Shown piece by piece: positions 35,572 through 44,906 of a stretch of DNA of 64,000 bases. The notes under the pieces were generated by a model. It saw only the letters and a list, made by a program, of their open reading frames with translations, was not told the DNA's origin and did no database searches. This stretch comes from Patescibacteria group bacterium (lineage in GTDB: Bacteria > Patescibacteriota > Minisyncoccia > Minisyncoccales > CAZWNE01). The stretch spans positions 20,830-84,829 of the forward strand of contig JBBTTI010000001.1 of assembly GCA_038078735.1 (NCBI GenBank). The letters are read 5' to 3'. Positions within the stretch are counted from its first letter, which is position 1; each line of letters starts with the position of its first letter. A program made the position numbers and the translations under genes.

Positions 35572-37211
35572 TAATATTAGCGGCAATAGGAGGATTGGTT
35601 GGTTTTTGGAATTATCAAAGGAATACTTATTCTAAAGATGTTTTAAAATTGGAAATTTTAGGGCCAGATCAGGTGATTTTAGGGGAAATTTCAGAATATA
35701 CCGTCAAGTATAAAAATAACGGTAATTTTCGTTTAGATAATCCGGAATTAATTTTTGCGCCACCCGATCACTCGCTTTCGGGCGATCAGGTCGTTGGAAG
35801 GCAAATTTTAGGCAAAGAGAAACTAGGCGAGGCAATTTATCCCGGAGAAGAAAAAGCTTTCACTTTTTCAGTACGGCTATTAGGCAAAGAAGGAGAGGCA
35901 AGGACTGCCAAGGCGACTTTGTCTTATCAGCCGAAGGGATTAAAGGCAAGATATGAATCGTCGACTACTTTTACCTCTAATATTAAATCAGTTCCCTTAA
36001 CCCTAGAGTTTGATTTGCCAAGCAAAGCTGAATCAGCGCAAGATTTTACATTCAGATTGAATTATTTTTCCAATATAAATTCTCTTTTAACGGACTTAAG
36101 GGTCCAATTGGAGTATCCTGTTGATTTTGAGTTCTTGGAATCGTCTCCAAAATCGTTGGATAAAACCGAATGGGATATCCCTGTTTTAAATAAATCGCAA
36201 GGCGGCAGAGTAGAAATTTCCGGCAAAGTTTCCGGAGACGTGGGCTCGGCAAAAATTTTTAAAGCAAAATTAGGCATCTGGAAAAATGGAGAATTTGTCT
36301 TGTTGAAGGAGGCTGAAGGCGGAGTGGAAATTACCAAGGCATCAGTCTTTTTGCGCCAGGAAATTAATAATAATCCTAAATATCCGGCTTCCCCCGGCGA
36401 TTGGCTGCACTATGAAGTTTTTTTCAAAAATATCGGGGATGACGCTTTGACTAATTTATTTATTGTTAATAAGTTAGAGGGCGATGCGTTTGATTTTAAT
36501 ACGATTAAATCTGATTCGGGTATTTTTAAATCCGGAGACAACTCAATTGTTTTTGACTGGAAAAGGGTGGCAAAACTTCAATATTTAGCGCCGACTGAAG
36601 AGGGCAAGGTTGATTTTTGGGTAAGAGTGAAAGACGATTTAGGCAACGTTAAAAATCCGGTTTTAAGAAACAAGGTTTTTGCTTCTCAGGTTGAAGAAGA
36701 ATTTGTCACCAAAATTGGCTCTAAAATGGAAGCGATCCAAAAAGGTTATTTTCAGGATGAGGTTTTTGGCAATTCGGGTCCTCTGCCGCCAAGAGGAGGA
36801 GAAACTACCACTTATACCATACTTTGGCAGGCAAAAAATTATTATTCAGATGTCAGAGATGTAAAAATGAAAGCTACTTTACCCCAAGGAGTGGAATTAA
36901 CCGGGAAAATATTCCCGGAAGAAGAAGCTCAAAAATTTACTTTTGATTCAGAGTCTAGGGAGATTGTTTGGTCTCTGGGAAATTTGGAACGAGGAAAAGG
37001 AGTTTTGAACTCCCCTCCTAATTTTTCTTTTCAAGTTGCTTTTACTCCAACAGTATCTCAAAGAGGCCAGACGCCGAATATCATCGGCCAAGTTCAGATT
37101 ACCGGCGAAGACACTTGGACAGAGTCTACTTTAGAAGCAACAGCGCCCGTTATAAATACCACCTTGCCCGATGATAAGACCATCACCCCGGCGCTTGGAA
37201 TAGTGCAGTAA
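35547..37211 (+). CDS. Membrane-anchored hypothetical protein with repeated beta-rich (DUF11-like) segments
   Basis: N-terminal TM helix, then recurring Y-x-V-x-[FY]-K-N-x-G patterns. Confidence 0.5.
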   Translation: MRKLFIVLIILAAIGGLVGFWNYQRNTYSKDVLKLEILGPDQVILGEISEYTVKYKNNGNFRLDNPELIFAPPDHSLSGDQVVGRQILGKEKLGEAIYPGEEKAFTFSVRLLGKEGEARTAKATLSYQPKGLKARYESSTTFTSNIKSVPLTLEFDLPSKAESAQDFTFRLNYFSNINSLLTDLRVQLEYPVDFEFLESSPKSLDKTEWDIPVLNKSQGGRVEISGKVSGDVGSAKIFKAKLGIWKNGEFVLLKEAEGGVEITKASVFLRQEINNNPKYPASPGDWLHYEVFFKNIGDDALTNLFIVNKLEGDAFDFNTIKSDSGIFKSGDNSIVFDWKRVAKLQYLAPTEEGKVDFWVRVKDDLGNVKNPVLRNKVFASQVEEEFVTKIGSKMEAIQKGYFQDEVFGNSGPLPPRGGETTTYTILWQAKNYYSDVRDVKMKATLPQGVELTGKIFPEEEAQKFTFDSESREIVWSLGNLERGKGVLNSPPNFSFQVAFTPTVSQRGQTPNIIGQVQITGEDTWTESTLEATAPVINTTLPDDKTITPALGIVQ

Positions 37212-37221
37212 ATTTAAAATT

Positions 37222-38499
37222 ATGCAAGATTTAATGGATAAAATTATTAGTTTATGCAAGAGGCGGGGTTTTGTTTTCCCTGGTTCGGAAATCTACGGCG
37301 GATTGTCTAACTCGTGGGATTACGGCCCGTTAGGCACGGAACTTAAAAATAATATCAAGCAGCTTTGGTGGAAAAGATTTGTTCAGAGCCGCGATGATAT
37401 GGTGGGCATAGACTCTTCGCTTATTATGAATCCCAAGGTTTGGGAGGCATCGGGTCATTTGAAAGAGTTTACCGATCCGCTTGTTGAATGTAAAAATTGC
37501 CATAATAGATTTCGCGAAGATTCTTTAGAGGAAACGAAATGTCCAGATTGCGGCAAAAAAGAATTTACTTCTTCAATGCAGTTTAATTTGATGTTTAAGA
37601 CATTTATCGGCCCGGCGGAAGAAAAAAACAATATTGCTTATTTCCGTCCGGAAACTGCCCAAGCAATGTTCGTTGATTTCAAAAATGTTTTAGACACCTC
37701 TAGAAAAACTTTGCCCTTTGGAATTGCTCAAATCGGCAAAGCTTTCCGCAATGAGATTACTCCGGGGAATTTTATTTTTAGAACGCGCGAATTCGAACAA
37801 ATGGAAATAGAGTATTTTATCCGCCAAGAAGATTGGGAAAAATATTTTGAATACTGGAGAAAAGAAATAATAGAATGGATTAAAGATTTGGGAGTTGATA
37901 TTAAAAATATCCATGAAAATGAAATTTCCGATAAGGAACGGGCTCACTACTCTAAAAGAACCATAGACTTTGATTATGATTTTCCTTTTGGTCGGAAAGA
38001 ATTATACGGCTTGGCTTATAGAACCGATTTCGATTTGAAAAACCACTTCAAAGAACCGCCGTATAAAGAGGAGGGCGTCAATGCGTTCTATCCGCACGTC
38101 ATAGAGCCGACATGGGGAGTTGATCGTTCGGTTTTAGTGGCGCTTCTGGAGGCGTATAAAGAAGAAGATAAAAGAATCGTTTTAAAGTTGCCCGTGAAAC
38201 TGGCTCCCTACAAAGCCGCAGTTTTCCCGCTCTTGGCGAATAAACCGGAACTCGTAAAGCTGGCTAAAAAAATTTATGATGATCTGCGGAAAGATTTTAT
38301 GGTGGCTTTTGACGATCGGGGGAATATCGGCAAGCGTTATTATTCGCAAGATGAAATCGGCACGCCGGCCTGCATTACCGTTGACTTTGATAGTTTAGAA
38401 AAAAATGATGTCACTATCCGCGACCGCGACACTATGAAACAAGAAAGAGTTAAGATTAAAGACTTAGCGAATATTCTAAAAGATAAACTAAACCGTTAA
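37222..38499 (+). CDS. glyQS: Glycyl-tRNA synthetase (dimeric class II)
   Basis: RRGFVFPGSEIYGG, FRPETAQAMF, GKAFRNEITP, GVDRSVL. Confidence 0.95.
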   Translation: MQDLMDKIISLCKRRGFVFPGSEIYGGLSNSWDYGPLGTELKNNIKQLWWKRFVQSRDDMVGIDSSLIMNPKVWEASGHLKEFTDPLVECKNCHNRFREDSLEETKCPDCGKKEFTSSMQFNLMFKTFIGPAEEKNNIAYFRPETAQAMFVDFKNVLDTSRKTLPFGIAQIGKAFRNEITPGNFIFRTREFEQMEIEYFIRQEDWEKYFEYWRKEIIEWIKDLGVDIKNIHENEISDKERAHYSKRTIDFDYDFPFGRKELYGLAYRTDFDLKNHFKEPPYKEEGVNAFYPHVIEPTWGVDRSVLVALLEAYKEEDKRIVLKLPVKLAPYKAAVFPLLANKPELVKLAKKIYDDLRKDFMVAFDDRGNIGKRYYSQDEIGTPACITVDFDSLEKNDVTIRDRDTMKQERVKIKDLANILKDKLNR

Positions 38500-38605
38500 G
38501 CTGGACAGAAAAGATATTATGTCTACGAAAAATCGCCAAGCGAGCGGTTTTTATTTTGAAAAACTGAATTTTCTGATATAATTAAGTAATGATTAGTCGG
38601 GTAGT

Positions 38606-38626
38606 GTTAGACGCCAGACGTCTAAC
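38606..38626. repeat. REP-like palindrome GTTAGACG-CCAGA-CGTCTAAC
   Basis: Same arms as the palindromes flanking the RAYT gene at 8231-8899. Confidence 0.75.
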
Positions 38627-38648
38627 ATCCATAAGAAACTTATTGAAT

Positions 38649-38780
38649 ATGAGAAAGAATAATAAAAAAATTGTATATTTGTCTTTTGAGCGTTATTTAG
38701 CCCAACAGATGAAAGATAAGGTATTTAGAGAGGCATACGAGAAAGAAGGTCAGTATCTTAAGATTGAATTTGTTAAATAA
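38649..38780 (+). CDS. Possible 43-aa antitoxin-like remnant
   Basis: MRKNNKKIVYLSFERYLAQQMKDKVFREAYEKE...; weak, by-eye resemblance only. Confidence 0.25.
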   Translation: MRKNNKKIVYLSFERYLAQQMKDKVFREAYEKEGQYLKIEFVK

Positions 38781-38781
38781 T

Positions 38782-40062
38782 ATGTTTCGCAAAACTACGT
38801 TAAAAAATGGGTTGAGGATAATTACCGTGCCGCAGGATAATACGGAAACGGTGACGGTTTTAGTGTTGGTCGGGACCGGTTCAAAATATGAAACCAAAGA
38901 TATCTCCGGCATTTCTCATTTTTTGGAGCATTTATTTTTTAAAGGAACAAAAGAAAAACCGACGGCCTTAGCTGTAATTGAACCCTTAGATAAAGTCGGT
39001 GGCGTTTACAACGCTTTCACTTCCCAAGAATGCACAGGCTTTTACGCTAAAGTTGAGGCGTCGCATTTCGAATTAGCCTTGGAATGGGTTTCGGACATTC
39101 TTTTAAACTCCACTTTTCCGGCCAAGGAAATTGAAAAAGAAAAAGGGGTGATTATTGAAGAAATAAATATGTATTATGACGATCCAAGGAGATATGTCCA
39201 AACTTTATGGACGAAACTTTTATACGGCGATCAGCCGGCCGGCTGGGATGTTGCCGGGACGAAAGAAACGGTCTCTAAAATTAACCGGCAAAATCTCGTA
39301 GATTATGTCAATAATCATTACACTTCTTCCAGCGTTATCGTTTGTATTGCCGGAAAAATTAACGAATCTGAAGGACTGGCCAAAGTAGAAAAATATTTTT
39401 CGAAAATAAAAATTAAACAGACAGAGGAAAAATTAAAAGTTATTGAGAAACAGGATAAGCCGGGATGCTTAATTCATTATAAGAAAACCGACCAGACTCA
39501 TTTTTGTTTGGGAGCTCGGGGATATAATATTTTTCATCCTCAAAAATACGCTCAAGAATTATTGGCAACAATTTTGGGAGCCGGAGGGATGATGAGCAAT
39601 CGGCTTTTTACCGAGGTAAGGGAAAAATTAGGATTGGCTTATTATATTTCAACGGAAACTGACACCAGCACTGACACGGGGTTTTTAGTCACCAATGCCG
39701 GTGTGGACAATACAAGGGTGAAAAAAAGCATCCAAACTATTTTAAAAGAGTATAAAAAAATTTCTCAAATTAAAGTTTCCGCTCAAGAGCTTAAAAAAGC
39801 CAAAGATAATATCAAAGGGAAAACAGCTATTTATTTAGAGCCGTCTGACTCCCAGGCCTCTTTTTTCGGATTTCAGGAACTTTTAGAAAAGAAAATTTTA
39901 ACCCCAAATGATTTTTTCCGGGAAATTGATAAAGTTTCCCAAAGTGATATCCTGAAAGTAGCTAAAGATATTTTTCAGCCGGGAAAATTAAATTTGGCTT
40001 TAATCGGCCCGTTTAAAAACGATGAACCAAACATTAGACATATCTTGGCAAACAATTTTTAA
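38782..40062 (+). CDS. M16-family (pitrilysin-like) zinc peptidase
   Basis: HxxEH motif GISHFLEHLFFKGT. Start moved to MFRKTTLKNGLRI. Confidence 0.85.
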   Translation: MFRKTTLKNGLRIITVPQDNTETVTVLVLVGTGSKYETKDISGISHFLEHLFFKGTKEKPTALAVIEPLDKVGGVYNAFTSQECTGFYAKVEASHFELALEWVSDILLNSTFPAKEIEKEKGVIIEEINMYYDDPRRYVQTLWTKLLYGDQPAGWDVAGTKETVSKINRQNLVDYVNNHYTSSSVIVCIAGKINESEGLAKVEKYFSKIKIKQTEEKLKVIEKQDKPGCLIHYKKTDQTHFCLGARGYNIFHPQKYAQELLATILGAGGMMSNRLFTEVREKLGLAYYISTETDTSTDTGFLVTNAGVDNTRVKKSIQTILKEYKKISQIKVSAQELKKAKDNIKGKTAIYLEPSDSQASFFGFQELLEKKILTPNDFFREIDKVSQSDILKVAKDIFQPGKLNLALIGPFKNDEPNIRHILANNF

Positions 40063-41035
40063 AGTTGTTTTAATCGGATTTTCCCTTTATCTTGTATTTT
40101 TACTAAGGGATATTTTGGTTTTAGTGATATTTGCCTTAATTATTTCCGTTTTGTTTAATCCCGCCATTGAATTTTTGCAAAGATACAAAATTCCCAGAGT
40201 TTTAGCTACTATCCTAATTTATACCGGAGTGTTCGGTATTCTAGGTTTTTTTGTTTATTTAACTATTCCAATTTTTGTCAATGAACTTAAGCAATTCTCT
40301 CAGTTTTTCCCTCAGTACTTTGAAAAATTAGCTCCGCCCTTAAAGGGATTGGGGCTTGAAACGTTTGATAGTTTTGACAGTTTTGTTGACGGATTGGGAG
40401 GGTTGGCGATAAAAGCATCTTCTAATATATTTTCCGCAGTTTCAATTATTTTTGGCGGTATTTTTTCCACCATCACTATTTTTACTATTGCAATTTTTCT
40501 TTCCTTTGAACAAAATGCTATTGAGAAAACAGTCGGTATTTTTTCTCCTAAAAAATACGAAGAGTATGTCTTAATCCTTTGGAAAAAATCTCAAGCAAAG
40601 GTTTCCGGTTGGTTTGGCTCAAAAATCCTTACCGGTTTGTTTGTGGGACTGCTTACTTTCGCTGCCTGTAAAATTTTAGCTGTGAAATATGCCATTTCTT
40701 TTGCTTTTCTCGCCGGAATTTTAAATATTATTCCGATCATAGGTCCGATTGTTACGGGAATTATTATATTTGTTTTTACAGGATTAGATTCATGGACAAA
40801 AGCTGCTTTCGTTCTGATTATTTTTTTTCTTATACAGCAAATCGAGGGCAATATTATAACTCCGATTTTAACCAGGAAATTTGTCGGAATACCGGCAGTG
40901 CTGGTGTTCATCGCTTTACTGATCGGCAGCCAGCTCTGGGGAATTTTAGGGGCAATTCTAGTTATTCCCTTAGCTGGCGTAATCTTTGAATTTTCCAGAG
41001 ATTTTTTAAAAAAGAGAAAAGAATCCATTGAATAA
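40022..41035 (+). CDS. AI-2E family transporter (PerM/UPF0118)
   Basis: 8 TM helices; FFLIQQIEGNIITP motif. Confidence 0.75.
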   Translation: MNQTLDISWQTIFKVVLIGFSLYLVFLLRDILVLVIFALIISVLFNPAIEFLQRYKIPRVLATILIYTGVFGILGFFVYLTIPIFVNELKQFSQFFPQYFEKLAPPLKGLGLETFDSFDSFVDGLGGLAIKASSNIFSAVSIIFGGIFSTITIFTIAIFLSFEQNAIEKTVGIFSPKKYEEYVLILWKKSQAKVSGWFGSKILTGLFVGLLTFAACKILAVKYAISFAFLAGILNIIPIIGPIVTGIIIFVFTGLDSWTKAAFVLIIFFLIQQIEGNIITPILTRKFVGIPAVLVFIALLIGSQLWGILGAILVIPLAGVIFEFSRDFLKKRKESIE

Positions 41036-41678
41036 AATGGCTGTTTTATATATTGTTGCCACTCCTATCGGCAATCTTCAAGATATAACTTTTAGAGCCG
41101 TTGAAACCCTTAAAAGGGTTGATTTAATTTTGTGTGAAGATACGAGAGTAACTCAAAAATTACTCAGCCATTACGAAATTAAAACACCAACATTGAGCTA
41201 CCATCAGCACAGCAAATTAAATAAAATAGAATATATATTAGATCTTTTAAAACAAGGCAAAAACTTGGCCCTGGTTTCCGATGCCGGCACTCCGGGCATT
41301 TCCGACCCTGGTAATAAACTTATTGCCGAATTTACACAGGTGCAACCTGTGCCTGGGCCATCTGCTTTAACTGCGGTAGCAAGTATTGCTGGTTTTCCGA
41401 TGGATAGATTTTTATTTCTGGGATTTCCGCCGATAAAGAATAAAAGGAAAAAATTTTTTGAAGAGGTCGCCACTTCAAGATATCCGGTAATTTTTTACGA
41501 ATCACCCTATCGTATTATTAAAACTTTAAATGAGATTGAACCCCTGAGAGATATTGTGGTTGGTCGCGAATTGACTAAGAAATTTGAAACAGTTTATCGC
41601 GGTAAAGCTAAAGACGTTTTAAACCAGTTGACAAAAGAGGAAATTAGAGGAGAATTTGTGGTAATAATAAACAGATGA
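41028..41678 (+). CDS. rsmI: 16S rRNA (cytidine1402-2'-O)-methyltransferase
   Basis: LYIVATPIGNLQDITFRA...ILCEDTR...SDAGTPGISDPG. Confidence 0.9.
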   Translation: MNKMAVLYIVATPIGNLQDITFRAVETLKRVDLILCEDTRVTQKLLSHYEIKTPTLSYHQHSKLNKIEYILDLLKQGKNLALVSDAGTPGISDPGNKLIAEFTQVQPVPGPSALTAVASIAGFPMDRFLFLGFPPIKNKRKKFFEEVATSRYPVIFYESPYRIIKTLNEIEPLRDIVVGRELTKKFETVYRGKAKDVLNQLTKEEIRGEFVVIINR

Positions 41679-43069
41679 AAAATAAATTTTATATCACAAC
41701 CAGCATTGCTTATACAAATGCGTCTCCGCATATCGGCTTTGCCTTAGAAGCGATCCAGGCGGATGTTTTAGCCCGTTATCATCGAAATTTAAGTGAGGAT
41801 GTTTTCTTTTTGACCGGGACCGATGAGCATGGCGCGAAAATCGCCAAGGCGGCAGAAAAATCAGGTAAAAACCCGCAAGAATTCACCGATGAAATTTCTG
41901 CCAAATTTCATGGATTAACTAAGGGTTTAAATTTATCTAATGACGATTTTATCAGAACCACCGATCAGGCGCGGCATTGGCCGACAGTAAAAGATATTTG
42001 GTTGAAACTGAAAAAAAATAACGATATTTATAAAAAAAATTACAAAGGCCTTTATTGTCTAGGCTGTGAGGCTTTTATCACTCAAAAAGATTTAATTGAC
42101 GGAAAATGTAAGATCCATCTTAAAGAACCGGAAGCCATTGGCGAGGAAAATTATTTTTTCAGGCTTTCGAAATATTCAAACAAAATAGAAGAGTTGATTA
42201 AAAAAGATGAGGTAAAAATAATTCCCCAAGAAAAGAAAAACGAAATGTTAAACTTTGTCAGGCAGGGATTAGAGGACATCAGTTTTTCAAGGCCGAGTAA
42301 AGATTTGAAATGGGGCATACCTGTGCCAGATGACGATTCTCAAACAATCTATGTTTGGGCAGACGCTCTTGTGAATTACCTTCTCCCGAAGAAATATTGG
42401 CCGGCCGATATCCATTGTCTGGGAAAAGATATCTTAAGATTTCACGCCACAATTTGGCTGGGAATGCTTTTATCTTCAAAATTGCCCTTGCCAAAATCAA
42501 TTTTTGTCCACGGCTTTATAACTTCTAACGGCCAAAAAATGTCGAAATCATTAGGGAACGTAGTCGATCCGTTTGAATTAATTAGAAAATACGGCGCAGA
42601 CGCAGTTCGTTATTTTCTTTTGCGGGAAATTCCAGCAACCGAAGACGGAGACTTTACTATTGAAAAATTTGAGCAAAGATACAATGCTGATTTAGCCAGT
42701 GGGCTGGGAAATTTGGTGGCGAGAGTAATAACATTGGCCGAAAAATTCAAAATTCAAATCTCAAAATCCAAAATAAATCCAAAATTCGAAATTCAAATAA
42801 ATAAAACTCGAGAGAAATATAAAAAGGCGCTTGAGGAATTTAAATTTAACGAAGCTTTAATTGCGATTTGGGAGTTAATCAGTTTTTGCGACAAAATTAT
42901 AAACGAAGAAAAACCTTGGGAGGGAGGAAAAGAAAAAATTATAGATGATTTACAAATAACAATCATCGAAATTGCAAATTTAATAAAGCCATTTATGCCC
43001 GAAACCTCGGGAAAAATAATAGAGCAGATAAAAAATAGGGTTAGTCAGTCATTATTCCCGCGAATTTAA
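41675..43069 (+). CDS. metG: Methionyl-tRNA synthetase (short form)
   Basis: YTNASPHIGF (HIGH-like), KMSKSLGN. Confidence 0.95.
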   Translation: MKNKFYITTSIAYTNASPHIGFALEAIQADVLARYHRNLSEDVFFLTGTDEHGAKIAKAAEKSGKNPQEFTDEISAKFHGLTKGLNLSNDDFIRTTDQARHWPTVKDIWLKLKKNNDIYKKNYKGLYCLGCEAFITQKDLIDGKCKIHLKEPEAIGEENYFFRLSKYSNKIEELIKKDEVKIIPQEKKNEMLNFVRQGLEDISFSRPSKDLKWGIPVPDDDSQTIYVWADALVNYLLPKKYWPADIHCLGKDILRFHATIWLGMLLSSKLPLPKSIFVHGFITSNGQKMSKSLGNVVDPFELIRKYGADAVRYFLLREIPATEDGDFTIEKFEQRYNADLASGLGNLVARVITLAEKFKIQISKSKINPKFEIQINKTREKYKKALEEFKFNEALIAIWELISFCDKIINEEKPWEGGKEKIIDDLQITIIEIANLIKPFMPETSGKIIEQIKNRVSQSLFPRI

Positions 43070-43072
43070 AAT

Positions 43073-44002
43073 ATGATTTCTGTTTCTCAAATATTTTGGG
43101 TTTTATTTGTAATTTTTATCTTAGGAGCCGTTATTTTTGACCTTTATTTACAAGGAAGAAGGAAAAAAGAACTTTCCATGAGGGAGGCGGGTTTTTGGAC
43201 ATTAGGATGGATAGGTTTGGCGTTATTTTTCAATCTGCTAATTTATTTTTTCTTGGGGCATGAAAAAGCTTTGGAATTTTTCGCCGCTTATTTGTTGGAA
43301 AAATCGCTTAGTTTAGACAACCTTTTTGTTTTTTTGGTAATTTTTTCTTATTTTGATCTTTCCGTAATTGCCCAGCAGAAAATCTTAAAACTGGGAATTT
43401 TGGGCGCTTTTTTAATGAGAGCCGTTTTCATTTTCGGGGGCATTTGGCTCTTACAGAGATTTGATTTTCTTTTTTATATTTTTGGCGCTTTTTTGATTTT
43501 TACAGCGCTTAAGCTTCTTCTTCAAAAAGGGGAAAAAATAAACCCCCAGAAAAGCTTATTTTTGAAGATTGTAAGAAAATTTATTCCCATGGCAGACGAT
43601 TGCAAGGAAAATAAATTTTGTATAAAAAAAGAAGGAAAGCTCCATTTTACCCCTCTTTTTATTGCCTTGATTTTGATTGAAGGATCGGATTTGGTTTTTG
43701 CTTTAGATTCCGTGCCCGCAGTTCTAGCCATCACGCAAGATCCGTTTTTGGCCTATACTTCCAATGCCTTTGCCATACTCGGCTTAAGGGCTCTTTATTT
43801 TTTCTTAATCACTTTTTTGCCAAAATTCATTTACTTGGAAAAAGCCATAATAGCTTTATTGGCGTTTGTCGGCTTGAAAATGATTTTAAACCAGTTTTAT
43901 CATATTCCCCTGGCTTTTTCGATCGGCTTTATTTTATCGGTTTTGATAATTTCCATTTTATTGTCTTATAAAAAATTAAAAGAAAATGAAAGTGCTAATT
44001 GA
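43073..44002 (+). CDS. TerC-family integral membrane protein
   Basis: LLEKSLSLDNLFVF and EGSDLVFALDSVPA motifs. Confidence 0.8.
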   Translation: MISVSQIFWVLFVIFILGAVIFDLYLQGRRKKELSMREAGFWTLGWIGLALFFNLLIYFFLGHEKALEFFAAYLLEKSLSLDNLFVFLVIFSYFDLSVIAQQKILKLGILGAFLMRAVFIFGGIWLLQRFDFLFYIFGAFLIFTALKLLLQKGEKINPQKSLFLKIVRKFIPMADDCKENKFCIKKEGKLHFTPLFIALILIEGSDLVFALDSVPAVLAITQDPFLAYTSNAFAILGLRALYFFLITFLPKFIYLEKAIIALLAFVGLKMILNQFYHIPLAFSIGFILSVLIISILLSYKKLKENESAN

Positions 44003-44825
44003 TACGCACGCCCACGTGAATTTCAATGCTTTTAAGGATGATGCCGACGAAGTGATTGGCCGGTCTTTGGCTGGAGGAGTTCAAATGATAAATGTCGGTT
44101 CGCAGTATTCTACCTCAAAGAGAGCGGTAGAAATGGCTGAGAAATATGAAAGCGGAGTTTATGCGGCCATTGGGCTTCATCCGATTCATTTAGCCGATGG
44201 CATTTTTAAAACAAAATTAGACGAAGAAGAAGTAATTATTCCGACCAAAAATGAAGAATTTGATTCTGAAAAATATAAAAAACTCGCCAAATCTTCCAAA
44301 GTTGTTGCCATCGGTGAAATCGGCTTAGATTATTATTACCGGCCAAAAACTAAAACAAAACTCGAGGAATTCAAAGAATTGCAGAGAACGGTTCTCTGTA
44401 AACAGCTGGATTTGGCAAAAGAATTAAATTTGCCGGTTATTTTTCACTGCCGTTCAGCGCATAACGACTTAATAAACGAGATCCGATCTCGCGACGAAAT
44501 CGGATCTCCTAAAATACGCGGGGTAATCCATTGTTTCACAGGAACTTGGGAGGAGGCGCAGAAATATTTGGAAATGGGTTTTTATTTAGGGTTTAATGGA
44601 ATAATCTTTAAGCTTGATTTAAACGACGTGATTAAAAAAACTCCCCTAGAAAGAATTGTTTTAGAAACCGATTGTCCGTATTTAACTCCGAAGCCCATGG
44701 AAGGCCGCAACGAGCCTTTATACGTGAAATATGTCGCTGAAAAAATTTCGGAACTAAAAAATGTAAGCATTGAAGAAATATCTCAAGCTACCACTCAAAA
44801 TGCCAGAAAACTCTTTAGAATTTAA
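43986..44825 (+). CDS. tatD: TatD-family metal-dependent hydrolase
   Basis: LIDTHAHVNF, GEIGLDYYY, IFHCRSA, ETDCPYL. Confidence 0.9.
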   Translation: MKVLIDTHAHVNFNAFKDDADEVIGRSLAGGVQMINVGSQYSTSKRAVEMAEKYESGVYAAIGLHPIHLADGIFKTKLDEEEVIIPTKNEEFDSEKYKKLAKSSKVVAIGEIGLDYYYRPKTKTKLEEFKELQRTVLCKQLDLAKELNLPVIFHCRSAHNDLINEIRSRDEIGSPKIRGVIHCFTGTWEEAQKYLEMGFYLGFNGIIFKLDLNDVIKKTPLERIVLETDCPYLTPKPMEGRNEPLYVKYVAEKISELKNVSIEEISQATTQNARKLFRI

Positions 44826-44850
44826 TATCACGAGAACGGTTCTCGTGATA
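44826..44850. repeat. Perfect palindrome TATCACGAGAAC-G-GTTCTCGTGATA immediately after the tatD stop
   Basis: 12-bp arms and no T-run, so REP-like rather than a classical terminator. The GAGAAC..GTTCTC core recurs at 22713-22733. Confidence 0.6.
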
Positions 44851-44906
44851 AATTAGACAAAAACCAGCTTGAGAGAGCTGATTTTTTATGTTAAATTAAG
44901 TATATT